A DNA stretch of 64,000 nucleotides from Octopus sinensis (GCF_006345805.1 NC_043024.1:19964001-20028000); one strand, 5' to 3'. Shown: positions 37,036 through 52,377, numbered from the stretch's first letter. Notes: a model not told the origin generated them from the letters alone. Program-made: numbers and translations.

Positions 37036-37979
37036 TATAATATATATATAAGGTGAACATATGTGTTCCTACCTGTGAGTGTGTAACAATCCACAAGCAT
37101 ATTTAACGTTCTTTTCCCAAATCTGCAAGTGCTTGAACTCTTTTTTTATATGACTTTATGTAATGCTCTCGGTCACTCTAGCTGAGGGTTTACCTGTAAA
37201 TCAATCTACTTGTATACAAAAATAAATAAATAAATAAATAAATAAATGCATTTATATATATATGGAGAAAAGAGAGAGTGAGAGAGAGTAGGAAGAAGAG
37301 GTAGGGTGACAGAGATAGATTGTTCATAGATTACAAGAATATATATAACTGTGTGTGTGTGTGTGGCATGTGTGTTTATGGATGCGTGGGTACGTATGTA
37401 CCTATGGAAAAGTAAGCAACCAAAAGACCAAAAACACTGTATTTGTTGCCCATTCTGCTTCTATTTAACTTTCACTGCGTCTTCGAGAACATCTACCACA
37501 CTCCCTGTTATTATCAATTATCATTTATTATTAATATTAATTATTATTACGATTAATATTATTATTATTATTATTATTACATGGTTGCCCGTCGCTATGC
37601 TGCCGATAGAAAATTTGTTAATAATGCAAGTACGTTCATAAATTGTTCAAACGAAAGTTTAGATGTTGAAGACAGAGACAAACACACCCACATGCATACA
37701 CGAACAATCATTGCAAAATAGCAATATTTTATATTTATATTATAGACGCATGATGGCTGTGTAGTAAGTAGCTTGCTAACCAACCACATGGTTCCGGGTT
37801 CAGTCTCACTGCGTGGCATCTTGGGTATGTGTCTTCTGCTATACCTCGGGCCGACCAATGGCTTGTGAGTGGATTTGGTAGACGGAAACTAAAAGAAGAC
37901 CGTCGTATATCCGTAATAGCCTGGGCCGACCAATGCCTTGTGAGTGGATTTGGTTGACGGAAACTGAAAGAAGCCTGCC

Positions 37980-38021
<42 letters not shown>

Positions 38022-38029
38022 GCACACAC

Positions 38030-38077
<48 letters not shown>

Positions 38078-38567
38078 TATAATATATATATAAGGTGAAC
38101 ATATGTGTTCCTACCTGTGAGTGTGTAACAATCCACAAGCATATTTAACGTTCTTTTCCCAAATCTGCAAGTGCTTGAACTCTGTTTTTATATGACTTTA
38201 TGTAATGCTCTCGGTCACTCTAGCTGAGGGTTTACCTGTAAATCAATCTACTTGTATACAAAAATAAATAAATAAATAAATAAATAAATGCATTTATATA
38301 TATATGGAGAGAAAGAGAGAGTGAGAGAGATAGGGAGAAAGAGGTAGGGTGACAGAGATAGATTGTTCATAGATTTACAAGAATATATATAACTGTGTGG
38401 TTGTGTGTGCATGTGTGTTTATGGATGCGTGGGTACGTATGTACCTATGGAAAAGTAAGCAACCAAAAGACCAAAAACACTGTATTTGTTGCCCATTCTG
38501 CTTCTATTTAACTTTCACTGCGTCCTTCGAGAACATCTACACACTCCCTGTTATTATCAGTATTTAA

Positions 38568-38618
<51 letters not shown>

Positions 38619-39037
38619 ATGGTTGCCCGTCGCTATGCTGCCGATAGAAATATTTGTTAATAATGCAAGTACGTTCATAAATTGTTCAAACCGAAAGTTT
38701 AGATGTTGAAAGACAGAGACAAACACACCCACATGCATACACGAACAATCAATTGCAAAATAGCAATATGTTATATATTGTATATTATAGACGCAGGAGT
38801 GGCTGTGTAGTAAGTAGCTTGCTAACCAACCACATGGTTCCGGGTTCAGTCTCACTGCGTGGCATCTTGGGTATGTGTCTTCTGCTATAGCCTCGGGCCG
38901 ACCAATGCCTTGTGAGTGGATTTGGTAGACGGAAACTAAAAGAAGACCGTCGTATATACGTATATAGCCTTGGGCCGACCAATGCCTTGTGAGTGGATTT
39001 GGTTGACGGAAACTGAAAGAAGCCTGCCGTATATGTG

Positions 39038-39050
<13 letters not shown>
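36965..39050. repeat. ~1042-bp tandem duplication including a SINE A head
   Basis: AGGTGAACATATG at 37051 and 38093; copies differ mostly by 1-bp indels. Confidence 0.9.
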
Positions 39051-39068
<18 letters not shown>

Positions 39069-39290
39069 GTGTGTTTGTGTGTCTGTGTTTGCCCCCTCCC
39101 CTAGCATTGCTTGACAACCGATGCTGGTGTGCTGACGTCCCCGTCACTTAGCGGTTCGGCAAAAGAGACCGATAGGATAAGTACTGGGCTTACAAAAGAA
39201 TAAATCCCGGGGTCGATTTGCTCGACTAAAAGCGGTGCTCCAGCATTGCCGCAGTCAAATGACTGATACTAGTAAAAGAGTAAAATGAGT
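38790..39290 (+). mobile_element. SINE family A with ~70-bp internal tandem duplication
   Basis: GGGCCGACCAATGCC...GAAG block repeated; same in the upstream copy 37745-37985. Confidence 0.85.
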
Positions 39291-39399
39291 AAATAGTAAC
39301 AGTATACATTATATATGTGTGTATTGTGAAGGCGCATGGCTTAGAGTTTGCTATACAGTTTCAATCATCTACAAAGAGGAAGTGTTTGATTGCTTCGGA

Positions 39400-39625
39400 T
39401 TTTCCCCTTAATTGGACCCCTGATTCATTTTTCTGAGGACCAAGGGGTACCATGCAAACAACGAAAACAACGGTGATTGGCTGTCACCCTGGAAAATCCT
39501 TCTTCTGATACCCAGGGTACCAAATTTCCATCCCACCACACTTCTCTTCAGGAAACACGTATATCGTTCACAGTTCCAAACAAACAGATCTAAGAACTCG
39601 ATGATCCACGAATGTGGAATCATAT
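39400..39625 (-). pseudogene. R4/Dong-like reverse transcriptase fragment
   Basis: MIPHSWIIEFLDLF...GIRRRIFQGDSQSPL. Confidence 0.8.
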
Positions 39626-39689
39626 CATAAGCTTTCTGATAGTCAATCCCAGCATATTCCCAGATTTGTTCTCCCTCGTTTACAGTCTT

Positions 39690-40591
39690 GGATTCTGATT
39701 TTCTTCTTGATCTTTCTTCTATTCTTCTTCTTCTCTTCTTCTTCTTCTTCTTATTCTTCTTCTTCTTCTTCTTCTTCTTCTTCTTCTTCTCTTCTTCTTA
39801 TTCTCTTCTTCCTCTCTTCTTCTTCTTCTTTTTTCTTTTCTCTTCTTCTTCTTCTTCTTCTTCTTCAACCCTCCTCCTCCTCCTTCTCTTCTCTTCTTTC
39901 TTCTTCTTCTTCTTCATCTCTCTCCTCCTCCTCCTTCTTCTCTTATTCTTCTTCTTCTTCTCCTTCATTCCTTCTTCTCCTCCTTCATCTCCTTCTTCTC
40001 CTTTCTTCTCTTCTCCTATCTCCTTCTTCCTTCTTCTCTCCTTCTTCCTTCCTTTCTTCTTCTTCTTCTTCTCTCTTCTTTTATTATTATTATTATATTA
40101 TTATTATTATTATTATTATTTATTATTATTATTATCATCATCATCATCATCATCATCATCATGGTTATTATTGATATTACTGTTAGCAATTCTTTTTACC
40201 ATGGTGATGATGCTCTTCGTGACGTGATAGTTTTGTTGTTTGTGGTTTTTGTCTCTGTTTAAATCTAACCAACCACAGTGATTTCTCGCAGAAACTATAA
40301 CAAAATAAACTCAAGCAAAACTAAAGAAAAACACAAACGTAAACCAGAACACATTAAGTGAATTTTATTAACTTAAAGCAAGAAATTTTCTTTTAAACCA
40401 ATAAGCAGGATGACTATTGTGCTGAGGTGTTGCGGTGGGAGGCTGGGTAGGTCGAGAAGGAGGCGTAGGAGGAGGAGGAGGAGCGGGAGGGTGCAGTTGA
40501 TGATGATGATGAGGATGATGACGACGATGACGACGACGTTGGTGATGATGATGATAACGAAGATGACGCTGAGGATGATAATGTTGACCAC

Positions 40592-40641
<50 letters not shown>

Positions 40642-40653
40642 GTGATGATGATT

Positions 40654-40697
<44 letters not shown>

Positions 40698-40935
40698 GAT
40701 GATGGTGGTGATGATGATGATGATGGTGGTGGTGATGATGATAATGATGGTGATGATGATGATGATGATGATGATTATGATGAGATGATGATGATGATGA
40801 GATGATGATGATGGTGATGATGATGATGATGAGTATAATAATGATGATGCTGCAGAAACTAAAAATGCAGATGTTCATGGTGATGATGACGACGATGATG
40901 ATGATGATGATGAGGGTGATGATGATGATGATGAA

Positions 40936-40967
<32 letters not shown>

Positions 40968-41320
40968 CGATGATGATGATGATGATGATGATGATAATAG
41001 CGTTGATTGGTAAGGATGCTGATGGTGAGGATAATAACGATGATGGTGCAGAATTTAAAGATGCAGATGTTCATAGTAATGATTACTATGATGATGATGA
41101 TGATGATGGTGACGGTCATAAGAAATGAGAAGGTGATGGAAGGCGATGGCGACGGCTGTTCCGACGACACGTATGACGGTGACGAAAATATAAGAAAACG
41201 GAGAGTAACTATACAAATTACAATCGCGAGAAAAGGAAGAAGGTGGTGGAATTGGAGAAGGAAGAGAAGAAGAAGAAAGAGAAGAAGGGTGGTAAAGAAG
41301 ACGTTGAAGTGAAACGTAAA
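39690..41320. repeat. Compound (TCT)n,(TAT)n,(CAT)n,(GAT)n microsatellites
   Basis: Direct reading. Confidence 0.95.
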
Positions 41321-42122
41321 TAAAAGGAACAAAATGAATGAAAATTATGTTCCAAGAATATAAGAAGTAAACATGTGACAGACGATAAAATGAAAAGTCG
41401 TCAAAAATTATTTAAAATTATATTTTGATAAATATAATAACGAAAAATATATAAAATATTGAAAATTGAATTAAATTTCAAACTGTAAAATGAAAAAAAA
41501 AGGAATGATTAAATAAATGGAATATAACACACAATTATACTAAATCTACGAAAGAATATTTACACAGAATTAAAATATTTAGGAAATATATATATGCAAT
41601 ACATAATTTAAGGCGGTGATGTGTACGGTGGGGTGCCTGAGTCTCTGTGTGTGTATGTATGTATATGTGTGTGTGTGTGTATGAACATGAGCGACAAGTA
41701 TATGTATAAGTATATATATTATATATATATATATATATATTATATATAATATATATATATATATATATAAGTATATATATATATATATACATATACCACA
41801 CAGATATATATATATATATGTGTGTGTGTGGGGTGTGTAGGTATGTATTATATGGAGACATGTATAATCTCTCTTCCTACATATAATTTTTTGTGTGAAT
41901 ACATATTTATATGTATAATATTCACATGTATATATACATACTAATAGATAGATAGATAGATAGATAGATACAGAGAAAGAGAGAGAGAGATAAATTATAT
42001 GAAATATATATTATATATATATATATATATACAAAGAAATATATTATATGAAACATATATATCAGTACTTTTACATATGTATATATCAATATATGTATAT
42101 CTATATGTATGCATGTATATAT

Positions 42123-42159
<37 letters not shown>

Positions 42160-42593
42160 TATATTATATATATATTATATGCGGTATATTGATATATACG
42201 TTTGTGTGTGCAACACACATTAATGTATGTCTCTTGTCTTTATTTGGTTTGTGTTTGTTTGTTATTTTTGATGTAAGTTTCTATGTATGTATACGTATAT
42301 ATAAATTACATTTCGCAGCATTCAATATCTGTTTTGGACATGAAGACATGATGAATATCTTTACCTGTTTTTTTCCATTCTTATATGTCATTTTTAACTC
42401 TGCAGGTATAATTTGGTTAAAATATTAAAACACCTTCATTTTTATTTCGTCTCTCTCATCAGCTTATACTTTTTAATTGCTTCTTATATTTTTGTCCCGC
42501 GATTTGTAAAGTCGACACTTGCTTTTTCCTTTCTCCTTTATTACTTTTTTCGCTAACTGTATTTCTCTCTCTCACACACAAAATCTCTCTCTA

Positions 42594-42734
<141 letters not shown>

Positions 42735-42913
42735 GTCTATCTTTATCTATCTGACTATCTGCTCATCTACAAATGCATTACATACAAACATATAGATATA
42801 AAAACCAATATATAATTATTTATACTTATATTTATATATTATATATATATATATATAAATTTATATATACGTGTACACAGGGAGTGTGCACACACACACA
42901 TATTATATATATG

Positions 42914-42990
<77 letters not shown>

Positions 42991-44151
42991 CATATACATG
43001 CACACATATAGATATACATATATTGATATATAATATATATGTAAAAGCACGGATATATATGTTTTATATAATTTATTTCTCTCTCTATTTATATATTTCA
43101 TTATTTAATTCTCTCTCTCTATCTATTTATCTATCTATCTATCTATCTATCGCTACCATATATATATATATATATAATATTATGTACATATATATATATG
43201 TATATACATTACATTGAACGATTAATATTATATATTATTTAATATTTATATATTTTATAGAAAATATATAATCCCAATAAATATAATTATTTATACATAT
43301 ATCACACACACCACAAACAATGTCTGTTTCTCATCGGTCTTTAATTTTCCCTCTACATCTCTCTGCGAGTTTTTCCCGTTCAATATCTCTCCACAATTCC
43401 CTCTTTTTAAACGATTGCTCTCCCTTTCTTCCGGCATTTCACCCTTATTCCTTTCCCACTCTCCCCCACGTCCTCTCTTAACTCTCTGTCTCTTTCTAAC
43501 TCCCTCCCTTTAATGTGATTATGATTCTCTCCCTCTGTCCCCTACCGGCCAACTGCTTCTACGTTTATATATGTGCGTATAAAAGTGCGTATATAAGTGC
43601 GTTTTCACATGTATGTAAGAATAACTGCAAATATATATATATTTATTTATATATATAAATATATATATATATATGTGTATATATATATACATATATATTT
43701 ATACATATATATTCACATAATCATTGATACATATATATATACCGACACATATACATGAATATACATATATAAATATGTATATAAATATAATTGTGTATAT
43801 ATATATATATATATACACATATATATATTTAACAGCTTGTGTGTACATATATAATTATATATACTCACATACACAATGTCATACATGTATATGTATGTAT
43901 ATATATATATGTATGTATATATATGTATATATATATATATGTATGTATATATATATATATATGTATGTATATATATAAATATATATTATGTATTCATATA
44001 TAAATATATACATATATATATAAATATAAATTCTCTTATCTGTATATATATATATAACATAACATACTTATATTTATCTGTATACATGTTATTTAAAGCG
44101 AAAGTAGAAGTATTTATACATACATACATACATATATATTATATATTATCA

Positions 44152-44184
<33 letters not shown>

Positions 44185-44713
44185 ATATAAATATATAATA
44201 AATATATATACCATATATATATATATATATATATATTATTATATATATATAATATAATATATATTATGATACAGACCGCTTGTGTGAGAGCAGCAGTCGG
44301 GGCATGAAATAACGCTATCAATTTTGTATCCTTCATCACACATATCTGTCCATTACACATTCAACATGATACAAGGCGTCATTCTCACTAAATGCCTTCA
44401 TCTACTTCTGGCTCACTTTTCGCTCCTCTTCTACTCCTTCTTAGTGATATGGCCGTCATATCACTAACACAGGACCACTACATATTACACGCCTATACCA
44501 ACCAAGGAATAACAATCGCTTTCTAGTACACACTCACAGAGACGCACACTTATGTATATATACATATACATATGTGCACCTGCAAGTATGTATATTTATA
44601 TATTCATCCATAATACCTACCAGACGATCTGTGCTTATTTTACTTAAAGATATACAGTATATATATATTATATATACTAGATTTATATATATATATCCAT
44701 ATATCCCATATAT

Positions 44714-44746
<33 letters not shown>

Positions 44747-45357
44747 GATATTATGTATATATATATTATATATATATATATATGTATATGAATGGATTAT
44801 GTATGTTATGTATGTATGATATATATTATGTGTATTGTGCAGTGTGTATTTCTGGTTATATGGGTGGATGTGCGTGTATGTGTGTATGCAGGTGTTTATA
44901 TATACATATATAGTATATTTCTATATATGGCATATATTTATATATACACACATGAATATCTGTGCATAAGTTTATGTGCGTGGTATAATATATTATTATA
45001 TATATATAGATATAATATATTATAATTTATATATATAGTTTTAACACTTGTTGTAATACATAAGCACTTATTTATATATATCTTCAAGATAGAATAATTA
45101 AATTTTCTTAAAATATATTTATTTCATACACACACACGTGCAAGCACACACACGTACACACACAAAAACAGACACGCACACATATGTATATATGCATATG
45201 TATGTACACATCCATCATAATATACATATGGACATTCATATATATATATATATATATATTCCAACATAAAAACTGAACATTCGTTTGTACACACATTCTA
45301 TTCTCACGCACACATATATATATGTTATGTACATTATACTATATATATATATATATA

Positions 45358-45389
<32 letters not shown>

Positions 45390-45654
45390 ATATATCTATA
45401 TAATATATATATATATATTAAAAATATATTCATTAGACACACACATATATATATAAAGAAAACAATATATATACATATACATGCATATATAAATATATAT
45501 AACATATACATGTGTACACACGCAGGTGTAAAATATACATACGTATACTTTTAATAGTATATATATATATACATATACACAATGTATGCAATATATGTGT
45601 GTGTATATAATAAATAAGTATGTATATATATATAAATATATATATTATATATAG

Positions 45655-45695
<41 letters not shown>

Positions 45696-46498
45696 ACATA
45701 GACAAAGTATTTACTATATAATCAGTTATTATATTTCTTGGCATTATTAAAATATTCCAGTCGGTGACGGTTAATTAGCGATACCAATGGTTCTTAACAA
45801 ACCAATTATGGTTTTCTGCTAAAGGGTAAGAAATAGCGTGTCCGACATTGCTACTTTCCATCCTGCTCTTTTTCTCTGAATCCTGTCTTACTTTCATTCA
45901 TTCTCGCTCTCTTTTTCTCTATCTGTCACACACACACATACATTCTCTCTCTTAATGACACCGTGTCTCTGACACTCGCTGTCGCTGTCTCCTCTTTTCC
46001 TCTTTTCCCTTCTCTCTCTCCTGCTGCTTGCAAAGGTCCATATTATTCTGTCTCTTTTACTTTCCCTCTCTCTCCTAGTTATCTTCTAATACTTTCTCTC
46101 CGCCTCCTATCTCTCTTTTACTCTTTCTTCCCCTATTTTACTCGTTATTAATCCCATCCTCGTTTACTCTCTCTGTTCCACTTTATATCTTTCATGCTGT
46201 ATACTGGCATGTATAAATGCTAATATATATGCATATTTATATATACACAAATTGCTTATAATATATGTCATTTATACATACATACATACATACATACATA
46301 TAGATATTTATGTATATATGTATATATATGTGCATCTATCTATCTATTCATCTATCAATCCTTTTCCAGTATGTCTGTCTATATATCTATCAATCTATGT
46401 ATCTATATATATATGTATGTATATATATATATATATATTTATGTCTGTGTATGTGTATATATATACTTACATATATACGTATATATATATATTATTAT

Positions 46499-46529
<31 letters not shown>

Positions 46530-46721
46530 CCCTTATACTATCATATGTATTTATGCATGCACATATGCAATTAAAACATAATAGTTATACGTATATTAAA
46601 GCTTATATTCTTATAACCTATGAAATTATATATAGTCAATGTGTATACTTATATAAATGCAAATATATATATAAGTATACACACACAAATATATATATAT
46701 ATTTATATATACCTATATATG

Positions 46722-46902
46722 TATAAGAGGGATGACTACTAAGTGGATATCCATTATGCTAGAAGTAGCTTTTCATTTTCTTGCTTGCTTACATTCTGGC
46801 GTTTGATGAATTTTCTTCAGAACAATCTTTTCTTAGTGGTAAGACCAGAGGGGGTCTACTTCTAGCATAATGGATGTCAAGTTATTGGTCATCCCTCTTA
46901 TA
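46722..46902. repeat. Element with 47-bp inverted termini in a TA context
   Basis: 46722-46768 versus 46856-46902, about 41/47 matching; ends ...CATCCCTCTTATA like the other termini. Confidence 0.8.
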
Positions 46903-47239
46903 TGTATGTAATATATTTTTTATGAATCTTCAGATTTTTCAATATGCTAGACCACTGGTTTTAAATTGATATTAATCGAAATATTATTCAAATTTCCACC
47001 TTTATTATTTAAACTTATATAACCATGTTCTCTAACCAGCAAAATTCACTGCAGAGATATATTTTCTGTAGATTTATTTCCGGTATTTTGGCGTGCCAAA
47101 ACGAAGAGGTTTGAAATATAATCCCAAATGTAATCGGTAGAACTATATGCATGTTCAATCTCAAGCGGACGTCCTGTGTATAGTTCTGCAAATTATATGA
47201 TCATGATCATGATGATCATGGTGATAATGATGATGACGA

Positions 47240-47870
47240 TTTCATTTATTTTCCACAAGGGCCACGGATGAAGGGGACAACGCAAAGAGAGTCATAACGT
47301 GAGGGGGTTTACATGTAATGAAATGATAAAAGATGCAAAGAAGTAAGTAAACAGGGTATACAGTGAAAATGAATGGAAGTGTGCACAGCATACACCGGTA
47401 TATAAAACAAAGTGGCGGGGAGGATGATTGAGATGTGGCCCACCTCCTTTGGCGAGGTCTCTAACGATAACCGAGCAACCCCACCGTCCGAGATTTCCCT
47501 GAAACCCCAATAGCAAGTCCTCTTTCCAATTCCTTTTCTCCGACTCAAAGATCTATATTTAGAGAGGTACCACCCACTCTTGACATTTTGGCCACGTTCA
47601 CCCAACTTTCTGGAAACCGACTCCCTCTCCACTCTCAATTTCCCTTTCAGATGAAACTTGAAGAAGTCAATGAGAGCTCTACCAAAGAGGAATGTATCTG
47701 TCCTCGTGCTTTTCGGCTTTGTCCACCAAACAACCTCTTTCGCCACAGCCACCAGGCAAAGGAAAATTGCCTTGTCTGCCCTATTGAAAGAAGGCGGCGG
47801 TATGATCATCACTATAGATTCGGCCGACAGACGGGTCCGTCGCACATGTGACAGCAGCTGATCGACACAC
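47240..47870 (-). mobile_element. Tx1/L1-clade LINE 3' fragment
   Basis: RLSAESIVMIIPPPSF...FLCLVAVAKEVVWWT...LIDFFKFHLKGKLRVERE plus 3' UTR. Confidence 0.7.
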
Positions 47871-48011
47871 TTCCACCCCCATAAAATCTATTATAATACT
47901 AATCCTGTTTGTAAGTTTGTCAAAAATCCCGCAATGAGTGAGTAAGAGTAATAAAGAAAAGCGGCAAAATGGTAATAACAATGAGAGAAGGAGTGGTATC
48001 AAATAGCGCCT

Positions 48012-48051
<40 letters not shown>

Positions 48052-48727
48052 CAAAAACTTTTCTCTTACTATCTCTCTGTCTATTTATCTACAGACGCAC
48101 ACACACACTCTTTCTCTCATTCTCTCTCTCTTTCACGAACTCTCTCGCTATTTCTCTCACCCGCTTTCTCTCTCAACAACATTTTCATTTTTATTCGATG
48201 AATGCTAATTTTTTTTTCTTTCTGGTAAACATTAATAACAGTATACAAGATAAGTAAATAAGATTTTTGCACCTGAAAATTGCTTTTTCTGTCTCTCTAT
48301 AGATGTTTGACTGTTCAGGAAGATTTTTCTGCTTAAAAAGTTGCAAAGTTAATAGAATATAAGATAAGTAAATAAGTGGTAATTTTTCAGTCATAAAATT
48401 AAAATATTGTCTATTGAAAGAAAGCTTGATAATATTGTCAGTTTAGAGAAAGATAAATATTAAAAGGAAGGTAATTATTACTATCTACAAATACTTGCAG
48501 ATACAGTGATGTTTGTAAATATTTATGAATGAAGAATTTTGACAAGCTTGTGAGGTTTGTCTCCAAGATATTTTTCCGTTTCTGGCGGTAAAGAAGAGAG
48601 ATTGAGAGAGAGAGAAGAGAGAGAGAAGAGAGAGACGGAATGTGTAGACTTTGCTGGAAAAAATAAAACGTCTCTGTGTGTCTGCCGTTAAAGTAATCCT
48701 GTGTAATTTTGGACTTTGTGTTGTTAC

Positions 48728-49120
48728 GAATGTGTGGTAAGTAGCTTGCTTACCAACCACATGGTTCCGGGTTCAGTCCCACTGCGTGGCATCTTGGGCA
48801 CGTGTCTTCTGCTATAGCCCCGGGCCAACCAAAGCCTTGTGAGTGGATTTGGTAGCCGGAAACTGAAAGAAGCCTGTCGTATATATGTATATATGTGTGT
48901 GTGTATGTGTTTGTGTGTCTGTGTTTGTCCCCCTAGCATTGCTTGACAACCGATGCTGGTGTGTTTACGTCCCCGTCACTTAGCGGTTTCGCAAAAGAGA
49001 CCGATAGAATGAGTACTGGGCTTACAAAGAATAAGTCCCGGGGTTGATTTGCTCGACTAAAGGCGGTGCTCCAGCATGGCCGCAGCCAAATGACTGAAAC
49101 AAGTAAAACAGTAAAAGAGT
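48728..49120 (+). mobile_element. SINE family A
   Basis: Slightly 5'-truncated copy. Confidence 0.9.
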
Positions 49121-49879
49121 AAACTAATACACACACACACACACACACAGACAGACATGTACTCAATTGTTTTTAAGTTTGTGTTCCGTTGTATTAAATA
49201 TCCTCATCCACATGCTATGTAGAAAGAATCAGACAGAAGGCGATGCTTAGCTAGATAGAGAGACACCGGCGAAGAACAGCCAGTGTCTCTGAGGAAGAGC
49301 TGGACGCAAGGAGATTAAACAATACATTAAGGTTTTTAAATCAATAACAAGAAGTAAAACAAGAGAGACGAGCGTAGGACGCAAGAAGATAGGCTCGAAG
49401 ACGTCAAAATGAAAAGGAGGACCTAATTGTACAAAGGAGAGATATCCAAAGAGAGAGAGCAGCACAAATGCGCCAAGGTGAAACTGAAGAGTAAGCAGCA
49501 TTGAGTAGAGAATATCAAAGAATTAGATATTCTCTATTGCAAAGGTGACAAGATGAAATAGAAGAGGCAGCAGTACAAAGGTGAGGAATCGAAAGTGAAA
49601 GAACATCGAGGAAGAGAATGGGAAAATTGATTAATACTGAAACGGACCATCCAAAACAATGCGAACTCATTGCTGGTAGGGTTTTTCGCTAGAAACGTAT
49701 TGTTGAAGCAATTACTGAGATAAAGGTCGTAATGTTTTAATTAAAATTATTACGAAGTTAGACAAAATATAACGATTAAAGATAAGGAAACGTGAAGCTA
49801 TTTACTTATCGCATGCACGTTTGATTACAGGATCGTATAGAGTAAGAGAAACAAAGAAAATACAATACCTTAAATACCT

Positions 49880-50331
49880 GATGGTGGTGGTGGTGGTGGT
49901 GGTGGTGATGGTGATTGTGGTGATGGTGGTCGTGGTATTGGTGGTGGTGGTGGTGGTGGTGGTGGTGGTGATAGTGGTAGTGGTAGTGGTAGGGTGGTGG
50001 TGGTGGTGGTGGTAGTGGTGGTAGTTGTGGTGGTGGTGGTAGTGGTGGTGGTGGTGGTGGTGGTGGTAGTGGTAGGTGGTGGTGGTGGGGTGGTGGTGTG
50101 TGGTAGTGGCTGGTGGTGGTGGTGGTGGTGATAGTGGTAGTGGTAGTGGTAGTGGTCGTGGGGTGGTGGTAGTGGTAGTGGTAGTGGTGGTGGTGGTGGT
50201 GGTGGTAGTGGTGGTAGTTGTGGTGGTGGTGGTAGTGGTGGTGGTGGTGGTGGTGGTAGTGGTGGTAGTTGTGGTGGTGGTGGTGGTGGTGGTGGTGGTG
50301 GTGGTGGTAGTTGTGGTGGTGGTGGTAGTGG

Positions 50332-50362
<31 letters not shown>

Positions 50363-50375
50363 TGTGGTGGTGTAG
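49880..50375. repeat. (GGT)n/(GGTAGT)n microsatellite
   Basis: Direct reading; source of the poly-T/P/V/H ORFs. Confidence 0.95.
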
Positions 50376-50861
50376 CAGCTGCTGAGGCTGCAGTAATTGT
50401 CGTCGCCATTATCTTTCCTTCCCATTCTTTCGCACTTGTTACCGTCGTCGTAGCAACAAGAGTAAATTATATTTCTCTTCAGCGAGAAATTCATTTCACC
50501 TTCCGCGACATTTCTCTTCGGAGTTTCAACAAAACGCTGCTCCTGGTCAATTATTAACTATTTCTCGCAAATCTGACATTTTGTTTTAAAAAATTGGAAT
50601 AATGAATAGAATCTTGTCTTCACAAGAAAATACAAAATTGCAAAACGATTATTACAGCCCCCAAAAGGGGATGAAATTATACAAAATGCTACCACTACTA
50701 TCCAAACAATGCAAGCAAAATACTTGTTAAATGAAATTTTTAACGGGCAGGCTGCAACCAGCCGAAATGATTAATTAAAACTAACAATTTACGGAGCTCA
50801 ACCTGAGTACATCTTTCTAGAATGGCGGCCATATTATTATTCGTTGTGTAATATTATTCAA

Positions 50862-51290
50862 TAGGCGCAGGAGAGACAGTGTGGTAAGTAGCTTGCTAAC
50901 CAACCACATGGTTCCGGGTTCAGTCCCACTGCGTGGCATCTTGGGCAAGTGCCTTCTGCTGTAGCCTCGGGCCGACCAAAGCCTTGTGAGTGGATTTGGT
51001 AGACGGAAACTGAAAGAAGCCCGTCGTATATATGTATATATATCTGTGTGTATGTATGTGTGTGTGTGTTTATGTGTCTCTGTTTGTCCCCCTAGCATTG
51101 TTTGACAACCGATGCTGGTGTGTTTACGTCCACGTCACCTAGCGGTTCGGCAAAAGAGACCGATAGAATAAGTACTAGGCTTACAAAAAATAAGTCCCGG
51201 GATCCATTTGCTCGACTAAAGGCGGTGCTCCAGCATGGCCGCAGTCAAATGACTGAAACGAGTAAAAGAGTAAAAGAGTAAAGAGAGAGA
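50862..51290 (+). mobile_element. SINE family A
   Basis: Full copy; followed by a degenerate SINE B head at 51290-51425. Confidence 0.9.
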
Positions 51291-51584
51291 GTAAGATGGC
51301 AGAATCGTTAGCCCGCCGGGCGAAATGCTTTGCGTCGTTTCGACTGCTGCAACATACTGAGTTCAGATTCTGCCGAGATTGACTTTGGTTTTTATCATTT
51401 GGAGGTCGATAAAAGAAGTATCAGTGAAACACTGCTATCGATGGATACGACGTATCCCCTTCCCCAACAAAAAATGCCTTCCCCTGTGCAAAAGAATAAA
51501 CCAATACTATAATTGTTAATATTGCTATTTTTGTTGTTGTTGTTGTTGTTGTTGTTGTTTTGTTGCTGTTCTTGTTGTTGATGC

Positions 51585-51972
51585 TCTCTTTTACTCTTTT
51601 ACTCTTTTACTTGTTTCAGTCATTTGACTGCGGCCATGCTGGAGCACCGCCTTTAGTCGAGCAAATCGACCCCGGACTTATTCTTTTAAGCCTAGTATTA
51701 TTCTATCGGTCTCTTTTTGCCGAACCGCTAAGTGACGGGGACGTAAACACACCAGCAGCGGTTGTCAAGCAATGCTAGGGGGACAAACACAGACACACAA
51801 ACACATACATATATACAACGGGCCTCTATCAGTTTCCGTCTACCAAATCCACTCACAAGGCATTGGTCGGCCCGAGGCTATAGCAGAAGACACTTGCCCA
51901 AGATGCCACGCAGTGGGACTGAACCCGGAACCATGTGGTTGGTTAGCAAGCTACTTACCACACAGCCACTCC
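51585..51972 (-). mobile_element. SINE family A
   Basis: Full copy. Confidence 0.9.
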
Positions 51973-51981
51973 TGCTGTTGC

Positions 51982-52377
51982 TTTGTTTGTTTGTTTGTTT
52001 GTTGAGGGAAGCGGTCTTCGTCCCAGAGCTCGCAAGTAGTGGGAGAAGTCCGAAACGTGGTCCTTTGCTATTCGTAAGACCAGCAGAAGAGAACGCAGGT
52101 CAACCCCACCGACACCGAGAGCATCGACGGGTGGATGAATGCGCATCTAGACTCAACGGTTGCGTAGGAAGTTGGGGACAAGAAACAGGAAGAAAGAGTG
52201 AGAGAAAGTTGAAGCGAAAGAGTACAACAGGGGTCGCCACCACCCACTGTCGGAGCCTCGTGGAGCTTTTAGGTGTTTTCGCTCAATAAACATACACAAC
52301 GCCCGGTCTGGGAATTGAAGCCGCGATCCTCCGACCGCGAGTCCGCTGCCCTTACCATCGGGCCATTGCGCCTCCAC
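51982..52377 (-). mobile_element. tRNA-derived SINE, family E (family C head, different 3' half, (CAAA)n tail)
   Basis: Head GTGGAGGCGCAATGGCCCGATGG...; body matches 59302-59490, then diverges. Confidence 0.8.

Noticed and set aside
42430-42470. Minus-strand CUGAUGA-GAGAGAC-GAAA
   Set aside because: Microsatellite-derived, no stem I and no NUH.
45748-45830. AG...GTAAGA-bounded candidate exon
   Set aside because: Stop codons in all three frames.
49285-49410. CUGAGGA-AGAGC...GCUC-GAAGACGUC
   Set aside because: No stem I complementarity; probably chance.
49802-50494. 230-aa Thr/Pro/His-rich and 179-aa Pro-rich ORFs resembling mucin or extensin
   Set aside because: Entirely (GGT)n-derived; open in several frames because the repeat lacks stops.
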